Shown one piece after another: positions 39,385 to 46,403 of a stretch of DNA of 64,000 nucleotides. A program made the translations under genes and the position numbers. This DNA comes from Bacteroidales bacterium (GTDB lineage Bacteria > Bacteroidota > Bacteroidia > Bacteroidales > UBA3663): NCBI GenBank assembly GCA_045628985.1, contig JAZQQH010000042.1:14796-78795 (forward strand), read 5' to 3'. The first letter of the stretch is position 1. Every line of letters starts with the position of its first letter. The notes beneath the pieces are model-generated. The model was given only the letters and a program-made list of their open reading frames with translations, was not told where the DNA came from and did not search any database.

Positions 39385-40515
39385 TTATATCTCCGATTCG
39401 TTTATCAGACCTTTATATTGCGCGGGTGTACAACCATATTTGGCTTTGAACACTCGCGCAAATGTGTGTGTAGTGCTGAATCCTGCCATCGTGCAGATCT
39501 CGGCAGGGGGTATGCTGGTGGTGCGGAGCAGTTGTTCGGCGTACTCTACGCGCAGGTCATTGATATAAGTATTGAAGTTCTCTCCGCGCAAGCTGAACCA
39601 TTTTGCCACGTATGTGCGATTTGATTTCACCGCTTCGGTCAGGTCAATGACCGAGAGGTCCGGATCAGCAAAGTGGCGCTCCTCCTTGCAATAGCGTGGA
39701 ATCTCCACGTCGAGCTGTTGCAGTACCAGCTCAAGAGCATTTTTTTCTTCCGTCTTCTCCGTGGCGGCTTCTTCAGCTACCTCCTCTTCTTCAGCTGTCG
39801 GAGCCGTCATCTCTTCCACGTCATAGTTCTGCGCCTCGAGCATATAAGCATAGACCTCGGCCATCACAAACGCCTCCAGATAGAACACGATACGCGCCCA
39901 TGTTGCTTCGAGATACATGCACAGCACATACCACAGTACACCCTGCAGCACCATGATGACCAGGAAGGCCAGTACCCAGTGCACACCACGCTGCGAAGTG
40001 TTCGAATAGATCTGGCAGAGGCGCTCCTGATATTTGTGAGCGTGTACAATGATATATATATTAATATAGGAGAAGAGTATCAACAGGTAGGCCTGTATGC
40101 CACCAGCCACCCAGTTCCAGCCGGTCAGCATATAGACGATTACTGCCAGCGCAATGGGAATCTGGTGGCCGATGACGATGCGGATATTCGCTTCACGTGC
40201 CCGTACGATATAGTATGAAACCATGCAGAGGAAAGGTGAACCCAGCATGACCAGCATGCCATGGAGAGCAGGAGAGAAGAAGCGCTCCACCCACACATTC
40301 TGCACAACGCCTGGCTGTGCATGCACCGTTGAGGCAAACAAGTAGACCTGCAATACCGCCATCTGTGCCATCAACAAAGCGGCAAGTCGGAAGATTCCTC
40401 GCGCTTTGGCGCCTGTGGCTCTTTGGTAATCTCGCCTCAGACGCATGGTCAATGCGATGAAAAAGGCCAGCAGAAAGCCTTCAATGAATATGAGAAAGTA
40501 TTCAGAAAGATTCAT
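39385..40515 (-). CDS. AraC-family transcriptional regulator with an N-terminal multi-TM domain
   Basis: 376 aa. About 7 hydrophobic helices, an acidic linker (EEEEVAEEAATEKTEEK), then a C-terminal AraC HTH (...EICTMAGFSTTHTFARVFKAKYGCTPAQYK...). Confidence 0.8.
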   Translation of the reverse strand: MNLSEYFLIFIEGFLLAFFIALTMRLRRDYQRATGAKARGIFRLAALLMAQMAVLQVYLFASTVHAQPGVVQNVWVERFFSPALHGMLVMLGSPFLCMVSYYIVRAREANIRIVIGHQIPIALAVIVYMLTGWNWVAGGIQAYLLILFSYINIYIIVHAHKYQERLCQIYSNTSQRGVHWVLAFLVIMVLQGVLWYVLCMYLEATWARIVFYLEAFVMAEVYAYMLEAQNYDVEEMTAPTAEEEEVAEEAATEKTEEKNALELVLQQLDVEIPRYCKEERHFADPDLSVIDLTEAVKSNRTYVAKWFSLRGENFNTYINDLRVEYAEQLLRTTSIPPAEICTMAGFSTTHTFARVFKAKYGCTPAQYKGLINESEI

Positions 40516-40546
40516 TTGTGAATAGATATTAAGGAAATCACTGGTG

Positions 40547-40554
40547 CAAATATA
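40547..40554 (-). promoter_or_regulatory. -7 box (TATATTTG) for the AraC-like gene
   Basis: Minus-strand TAnnTTTG 32 nt upstream of the ATG at 40515. Confidence 0.5.
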
Positions 40555-40701
40555 ATTGTTTTTACTATAAGTTGTTCAAAACTGTTGATAAAATAATCAG
40601 AAAAAGTAAATTCTGCGTGCCACAACTATTACAATATATCAAAAACACTCTTCCGCTATTCCATTTTGATGATTTGTACCTTTATTTTTATAATATGAGA
40701 C

Positions 40702-40709
40702 TACCTTTG
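40702..40709 (+). promoter_or_regulatory. -7 box (TACCTTTG)
   Basis: TAnnTTTG 71 nt upstream of the ATG at 40780. Confidence 0.5.
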
Positions 40710-40779
40710 CGCCGACTTTTGATGTTTTATTCAGCTTTTTTGCTGTTCGATGTGTGTGAAAAATTAACTTAATTACTCG

Positions 40780-43209
40780 ATGAAATACTGTCATAACCTT
40801 TTTGTTGCATTGGGAATTACCTCTGCTGCTATCCTTGCGAGCTGCCAGGACGAGGACTTCGGTTACACTGCCGATCAGATTGCCTATCGTACTAATTTCG
40901 AGAAAATGTATGGAAGTGTCAAGGACACTCCTACATGGGACTTCTCAAGCTACAACCTCCGCCAGATGGGATTGGAGGGAGGTCCTTCGTATGCAGGAAT
41001 GACGCGCGGTTTGGCTCCAAATTATAGCGGTTCGGTCAATACAACTACTGGAAAAACGAGTGATATTCTGAAAAGTGATGCTCCAACTAACGTTACTTTG
41101 ACAGATGGCTGGTATTCTGTGCCACAAGGTACATTGACTTGGCTTGACTCTTCTTTGCCAGAAGGTAACCCATACACCTCTGGTAAATCATTCGTCCTTG
41201 GCAAACCACAAGACAACTTTGCCATCATCCCTATCTATCAAGGCCATGCAGGTATGTGCTGGGAACTTCATCTTGTCGATAAGGCAACGAATAATGACTA
41301 TACACTCTGGGAGAAGTCGCAGGGTATCCGTTATAATGTCAATTTCGATGCAGATAATGCTATAGATGTGGCTCGTCATGAGATAATTGAGTGGGATGCG
41401 TGGATTGATACTAATAATAATGGACAAAAAGATACGAATACAGGTAGGCAGGAGATGTTGATACCTATTGGCTATATCTTAAAGGCGTGGGAATCATCGT
41501 TTGGCGATCTTGTGCTCTCATGTGATCTTCCTGATGGCTGTTCTATCAAGGGACGCATTGTTGACAATAGCGCTGAAGGACAAGGAAAGGTTGTCAATTT
41601 GGATAATGCTGGTAATGGATTCGAATTCACCAAGAGTGGTAATCAAACTTACACCATTCCAACCTCTGTCCTGGAGATAATCAAAGAACAGAATCTTGCA
41701 GACAACATCTATTTTGAACTCTGGTGGAATGATGGATGGAAAGATGGTGGCAAAAAGTGCTATTTCGGCTTTTATGAGGGCAACCGTGCCACCTTCCATC
41801 TTACGACTGCTAGCAAAAGTGCAGGCAATCACATTGGTAAAATATATCTTGAAGGTCGCACTTCTAACGAGGTAGGTCACACCGTAGACAAGGCGGCTGC
41901 AGGCGTAGAGGCTAAACCTGTTCTCATAAATGGTAGCCAGATTAAGGGTGACATGTTTCTTTATTTGAAGATCACTAAGCAAGATGTTGATAATCCAGGC
42001 TATGCATCCTTGAATGCCTGCCAGCGTTCTGATGAAAACATGATGGTGGCTCTGCCAATTACAGGCAAAGGCATCCCTAGCAATGTCAGCCCTAATGAGT
42101 ATATGATCATTGGCTGCGAGGATGCTAATAATACCGGTAGTTCTGGTACAGATAATTCTGACTGGGACTACAACGACATCGTCTTCCTTCTCGTCGGTCA
42201 GGGTAGCCTTCCTAAGGTTAAGGAGGTCATTGCAGAGAAGCGCTATATGATCGAGGACCTTGGTTCTACTTTCGACTTTGACTTTAATGATATCGTGGTC
42301 GATGTTACACAAAGCGCGACAAAGAATTCTCTCGGCCAATACATTAAAGAAGACGGAACCGTATATACTGAGACAGAAGTGTCAAGTGGCGAACATCTCA
42401 AATCCACCGCTGTGATCCGCCACCTCTGTGGTACGATTCCTTTCCAGATTCATATCGGAGAAACTAGTTTCGAAAAATTGCCAGGTAAGGTAGATTGCAA
42501 TCCTGCTCTCGACCAAGCTTATTCAGGCAAGTATGAAAAGACCAATGTAGATTGGAATCCTAGAACAAATAATATTACTGTGACTGTATGGCCAAAGAAG
42601 GCTGGTGCCGAATGGGACAATGCAGAAGAAGATGACTACCTCGGATTATACCCAGAAGAAAGTTCAACTTTCGGATTCCCAGAATCTGGCGAGTTCCCAT
42701 ATATCATTGCTTGTAATCAAGATGTGAACTGGATGGATGAGTGTGTAAGCGTTCCTTCTTCTTGGTTTACAACTTGGCATTTTACCCCATATACCAAGCC
42801 AAATGGCGGAGGTTCTAATGGTGGAAATAATGGAGGTTCATCAACGCCTCAGCGAGTGACGATTACCCTACAAGACAATAATCAATTGAATATAAATGAT
42901 CTTAGTAGTGCAAAAACTACGGATAAAGTAGAATTTGCTATCAGTTTCGATCTTTCTAAAGCTCCAGATAATTTTGCAACCACTTGGGGCATTGGAGGCT
43001 TTGCTGATGATAGTACTGAGAATTGGACTGTCGCTGGCACAGGATGGACGTATGGCGGCCCTTCACCTGCCAGCAATTCAAATTGGACGCAAGAAGTCTC
43101 AGTTGGTGATATTCGCTCGTTAGCAACTACACTTGGACATTCAACATATATCAAGCTAAATGTATATAATGGATGTGCGATCGAGAGCGTCACCCTTGTT
43201 AAGCAATAA
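40780..43209 (+). CDS. Large surface lipoprotein, LruC/DUF4842-like
   Basis: 809 aa. Lipobox ...ILASC. ...SDWDYNDIVFLL... and ...FDFDFNDIVVDV... resemble the DxNDxV signature I associate with LruC-domain proteins. G/N-rich linker (GGGSNGGNNGGSS). Confidence 0.55.
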   Translation: MKYCHNLFVALGITSAAILASCQDEDFGYTADQIAYRTNFEKMYGSVKDTPTWDFSSYNLRQMGLEGGPSYAGMTRGLAPNYSGSVNTTTGKTSDILKSDAPTNVTLTDGWYSVPQGTLTWLDSSLPEGNPYTSGKSFVLGKPQDNFAIIPIYQGHAGMCWELHLVDKATNNDYTLWEKSQGIRYNVNFDADNAIDVARHEIIEWDAWIDTNNNGQKDTNTGRQEMLIPIGYILKAWESSFGDLVLSCDLPDGCSIKGRIVDNSAEGQGKVVNLDNAGNGFEFTKSGNQTYTIPTSVLEIIKEQNLADNIYFELWWNDGWKDGGKKCYFGFYEGNRATFHLTTASKSAGNHIGKIYLEGRTSNEVGHTVDKAAAGVEAKPVLINGSQIKGDMFLYLKITKQDVDNPGYASLNACQRSDENMMVALPITGKGIPSNVSPNEYMIIGCEDANNTGSSGTDNSDWDYNDIVFLLVGQGSLPKVKEVIAEKRYMIEDLGSTFDFDFNDIVVDVTQSATKNSLGQYIKEDGTVYTETEVSSGEHLKSTAVIRHLCGTIPFQIHIGETSFEKLPGKVDCNPALDQAYSGKYEKTNVDWNPRTNNITVTVWPKKAGAEWDNAEEDDYLGLYPEESSTFGFPESGEFPYIIACNQDVNWMDECVSVPSSWFTTWHFTPYTKPNGGGSNGGNNGGSSTPQRVTITLQDNNQLNINDLSSAKTTDKVEFAISFDLSKAPDNFATTWGIGGFADDSTENWTVAGTGWTYGGPSPASNSNWTQEVSVGDIRSLATTLGHSTYIKLNVYNGCAIESVTLVKQ

Positions 43210-43289
43210 ATTTTCATAAAGGCAATATATTTATTTGCCATCAATTAGAGTAATAAATTGTTCGTGTGAAACACACTTAATTGAGTTTG

Positions 43290-43325
43290 CCCCGGCTGCG
43301 AGTTGGTCTCGCGGTCGGGGTTTTA
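43290..43325 (+). terminator. Rho-independent terminator
   Basis: CCCCGGCTGCGAG-ttggt-CTCGCGGTCGGGG (with G-U pairs) followed by TTTT. Confidence 0.65.
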
Positions 43326-43342
43326 TCATTCTTACAGTAAAG

Positions 43343-43547
43343 AGTGTCCAGAGTTGAGTGACTTTGGAGATTCTTGCGTCACGGCATCCTTCACCGGGTA
43401 CCCGTTGGAGGATGCCGCGGTTACGGAGTGTCCAAAGTTGAGTGACTTTGGAGTTTTTTTCATCACGGCATCCTTCACAGCGTACCCGTTGGAGGATGCC
43501 GTGATCGTGGCATCCTTCGCCGAGTACCCGTTGGAGGATGCCGTGAT
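43343..43547. repeat. Composite tandem repeat (2.5 units of ~84 nt), each unit holding two hairpins
   Basis: Unit = AGTGTCCARAGTTGAGTGACTTTGGAG (hairpin A) + spacer + CACGGCATCCTTC...GGAGGATGCCG (hairpin B). Hairpin B occurs three times. Confidence 0.85.
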
Positions 43548-43682
43548 GAACGAAACCATAATCTGGGTCTCGTCTATGGTTTTGCACTTGTCATTTGGGG
43601 GAATAACGTCCGTTTTTGGCTATTCTTTTTAAAAAGGTGTAGAATTAAGTGTCTTTTTTGCTGAGAAGTTGAAATTTTTGCG

Positions 43683-43690
43683 TATCTTTG
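43683..43690 (+). promoter_or_regulatory. -7 box
   Basis: TATCTTTG 77 nt upstream of the ATG at 43767. Confidence 0.5.
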
Positions 43691-43766
43691 CCGCGTAAAA
43701 ACAGAATTCCATAATCGTATGTAATTCTGGATATGCGCCAGAAAGAAATCATAAACACTTTGACGA

Positions 43767-44390
43767 ATGAAAAGAACTGTATTAGCAATCATCTTTGCGT
43801 GTTTCACATTGACCGTGATGGCGCAGGAGGCAATTAAGGTAAAATATGAGGGGGCAAGACCTACGATTCAGGACTTCGCGCAGGCGCTGCTATTCTCGGG
43901 CGACGTGGATGATAATGACTGCGATGAGGCCTCGAATGCTGCGGCTAATGCGATGACTCATTATCTGAAGGGAGAGCCTCAGGAGGAAGGTCAGTCATTT
44001 ACGATCGACCAGAAAAATGGCTTCATGCTCTATGAATCGAAGTATACGGATCCGGAGTTTGGCGAGTACGTGACGAGGTATGAGATGTGCTACTGGAATG
44101 AGTCGGATCAGAAGCATAAGGTGATCGGTTATAGTGTGGCTTGCTATCATAATGGCAAGTATGAGCCAGGTCAGTTCGATGGATTAGCGTTCTATCGCTA
44201 TGACAATGCAAAGAAGACGATGGAGTACTACACTGAGCCAGGTTTCGAGAATTCCTCCTATACTGAGGATGGTGCCAACGTCACTTATTCTCTCCCTCGC
44301 TCTGGCAAGGACATCACGGCAACTTACTGGTATGAAAGTGGCAAGAAACAGAAGACGCTGAAGTGGGATGGACACCAATTCAGCTTCTGA
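43767..44390 (+). CDS. Secreted hypothetical protein
   Basis: 207 aa with signal peptide ...TLTVMAQ. No family recognised. Confidence 0.6.
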   Translation: MKRTVLAIIFACFTLTVMAQEAIKVKYEGARPTIQDFAQALLFSGDVDDNDCDEASNAAANAMTHYLKGEPQEEGQSFTIDQKNGFMLYESKYTDPEFGEYVTRYEMCYWNESDQKHKVIGYSVACYHNGKYEPGQFDGLAFYRYDNAKKTMEYYTEPGFENSSYTEDGANVTYSLPRSGKDITATYWYESGKKQKTLKWDGHQFSF

Positions 44391-44420
44391 TCGAATCTCA
44401 AATATCAAGTATCAAATAAC

Positions 44421-44487
44421 AAATAGCAAATATCACCACCTTTACTACAAAAGTTATCTGTAGCGAGGGTGGTGATATTTGTTATTT
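44421..44487. terminator. Second copy of the AAATAxCAAATATCACCACC hairpin element (bidirectional terminator position)
   Basis: 20-bp stem with 1 mismatch. Arms are identical to those of the element at 33105. Lies between convergent genes. Confidence 0.7.
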
Positions 44488-44528
44488 ATAACTTGTCTAT
44501 TAGCTAATTTCTCAGCAGCCTCTGCTGC

Positions 44529-45065
44529 TTAGAAGCCTAATTCTGCCCTGACGAGTGGGAGGACATCGTCGCAGAGCTGAGGATCGAAGAAGAGTACACC
44601 TGCCTGATTGAGGTCGAAGATGTAGGTGTAGCCATACTTCTTGCCAACGGTCTGGATGGCCTTGGTGACTTGCTCGGTGATAGGAGCGGTGAGTTCCTCG
44701 CGCTTCTGGCGAATAGACTGAGCTGCACGCTCGCGGAACTGCTGGATGCGCTGCTGCAACTGCTCAATCTCCTGTGCACGTGCTTCGGCAATGTTATTGT
44801 CGAGCGACTGCTGAACAGATACGAAGTCAGTGACCTTGAGCTGGTACTCTTCGCCCATCTTCTGAAGCTCGGCATCGTATGCATCCTGCAGCGAAGAGAG
44901 TTCGTTCTGTGCAGCGACGCTGGCTGGCATCAGCTCGTAAACACGAGACATATCAATGTTGCCAAAGCGTACTACCGCCATCTGCTCTGCGGCCTCTTGC
45001 TGCGCGCTGAGGCTGAAAGTGAGCGTGAGAGCAAGCGCGAGGGTGGTAAGTATCTGTTTCACCAT
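44529..45065 (-). CDS. OmpH/Skp-family periplasmic chaperone (copy 3 in operon order)
   Basis: 178 aa. Signal peptide, coiled-coil Q/E-rich body, ...KYGYTYIFD... C-terminal motif. Confidence 0.85.
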   Translation of the reverse strand: MVKQILTTLALALTLTFSLSAQQEAAEQMAVVRFGNIDMSRVYELMPASVAAQNELSSLQDAYDAELQKMGEEYQLKVTDFVSVQQSLDNNIAEARAQEIEQLQQRIQQFRERAAQSIRQKREELTAPITEQVTKAIQTVGKKYGYTYIFDLNQAGVLFFDPQLCDDVLPLVRAELGF

Positions 45066-45089
45066 AGGGCGTTTGTTTTAGTGGGGTTA

Positions 45090-45596
45090 TTACTTGATGC
45101 CGAGCTCCTTCTTGACAGCTGGAGTAACGTCAGTGGTCTCGGTAGGAGAGAAGTAAGTAGCCTCGTTGGTTGGGAAGATAGCGAGGTACTTCTCGCGGTC
45201 GCCTACAGCCTTAACAGCCTTGAAGAGCTTGTCCTGAATGAGGGCAACCTGCTGCTGCTGATACTGCTGGATCTGCTGATAAGAAGCCTGCTCGTACTGC
45301 TGTGCACGCTGCTGGAGGGTAGAGATCTCCTCCTCGCGCATCTGGCGGGTAACGTCATCAAGAGAGTCGCGCTGCTCGATGTATGTCTGGTACTTGGTCT
45401 GCAATTCCTCACCCATCTTCTTAGCCTCTGTCTGGAACTTGGTGCTACGATCTGCGAGTTCCTTCTCGAGAACTGCGGTTTCTGGCATGTCGTTCATGAC
45501 TGCCTGGAGATCAACGGTACCGAATTTAACTGACTGAGCATACGAGGTGAAGCTCACAATAGCAACGAATGCTGCTACAAAAAGTTTCTTGAACAT
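45090..45596 (-). CDS. OmpH/Skp-family periplasmic chaperone (copy 2)
   Basis: 168 aa. Signal peptide ...SYAQ and a Q/E-rich coiled coil. Confidence 0.85.
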   Translation of the reverse strand: MFKKLFVAAFVAIVSFTSYAQSVKFGTVDLQAVMNDMPETAVLEKELADRSTKFQTEAKKMGEELQTKYQTYIEQRDSLDDVTRQMREEEISTLQQRAQQYEQASYQQIQQYQQQQVALIQDKLFKAVKAVGDREKYLAIFPTNEATYFSPTETTDVTPAVKKELGIK

Positions 45597-45634
45597 AATA
45601 ATATAAAATGTAAAAATTAAAATTTATATTTTTA

Positions 45635-45710
45635 GAAGTTATAGGGAAGTTATAGGGAAGTGCAAGGGGAGTTATAACTTCTGTTTCACTTCTTTATAAC
45701 TTCTGTTTCC
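45635..45710. repeat. Short direct and inverted repeats (GAAGTTATAGG x2; TTATAACTTCTGTTTC x2)
   Basis: Read directly from the sequence. Intercistronic position between two ompH genes. Confidence 0.7.
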
Positions 45711-46270
45711 TAGTATCCCATCTTCGAGAGTACCTCCTTCGAGATATCAATCTTAGGCGATGCGAAGATGATACTCTCAGCTGAGGCGCGGTCGATGACC
45801 ATCATGTAGTTGTTCTTCTCAGCGATTTCCTTGACGGCCTTGTAGATATCATCCTGGATGGTTCCTACGAGGCTGTTGCGCTTCTGATAGAGGTCGCCTT
45901 CAGGACCGAAGTACTTGAGGCGGAGGTCCTGTACTTCCTTCTCCTTGGCGAGGATAGCGTTCTCACGCTCGGTCTTCTGCTCAGGGGTGAGATAGACCTG
46001 GTCGGCCTGATACTGCTTGTAGAGAGTCTCGGCTTCTGCAGCCTTGGTCTCGACCTCCTGCTGCCAGATCTTGCTCTGCTGGTTGAGCTGCTGATTGGCA
46101 ATCTCGTACTGAGGGATCTTCTTCAGGATGAAGTCCATATCGATAAGTGCATACTTCTGAGCGTGAGCAGCAATAGACCCACCCCAGCCCTCCCTCATAG
46201 GGAGGGGGCTTATAGTTACCACTGTTAAGAGAATAACACGGAATAAAGTACTTTTCAATAAATTTTTCAT
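45710..46270 (-). CDS. OmpH/Skp-family periplasmic chaperone (copy 1); 5' end lies inside an inverted-repeat-bounded segment
   Basis: 186 aa. ...KYALIDMDFILKKIP... and ...NNYMMVIDR... are OmpH-like. Codons for ...SPLPMREGWGGS... are the left 31-bp inverted repeat. Confidence 0.8.
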   Translation of the reverse strand: MKNLLKSTLFRVILLTVVTISPLPMREGWGGSIAAHAQKYALIDMDFILKKIPQYEIANQQLNQQSKIWQQEVETKAAEAETLYKQYQADQVYLTPEQKTERENAILAKEKEVQDLRLKYFGPEGDLYQKRNSLVGTIQDDIYKAVKEIAEKNNYMMVIDRASAESIIFASPKIDISKEVLSKMGY

Positions 46271-46402
46271 AGTCGTTGTTATTAATTATGTTAGGTAATA
46301 ATTTTATCTTTTAGACTATATTTATCCCATTTGGATTAAAACCTTGGATAAGAATTACTAACTATCCAACTCCCTCCCTATGAGGGAGGGTTGGGGTGGG
46401 TC
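46176..46402. repeat. 227-bp segment bounded by 31-bp inverted repeats (MITE-like, or possibly an invertible segment)
   Basis: GACCCACCCCAGCCCTCCCTCATAGGGAGGG (46176-46206) against the reverse complement of 46372-46402, GACCCACCCCAACCCTCCCTCATAGGGAGGG. This is a 30/31 match. The interior is AT-rich. Confidence 0.5.
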
Positions 46403-46403
46403 T

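Noticed and set aside
43231-43632. Three overlapping ORFs (118, 109 and 75 aa) on both strands.
   Set aside because: They translate the composite hairpin repeat, giving periodic GILQRV/ASF..YPLEDA peptides. They have no start-site context, so the region is treated as non-coding repeat.
46207-46371. Invertible promoter inside the inverted-repeat-bounded segment.
   Set aside because: No TAnnTTTG box is present on either strand of the interior, so a classic promoter flip is not supported. The segment is kept only as a MITE-like element or possible coding-start switch.
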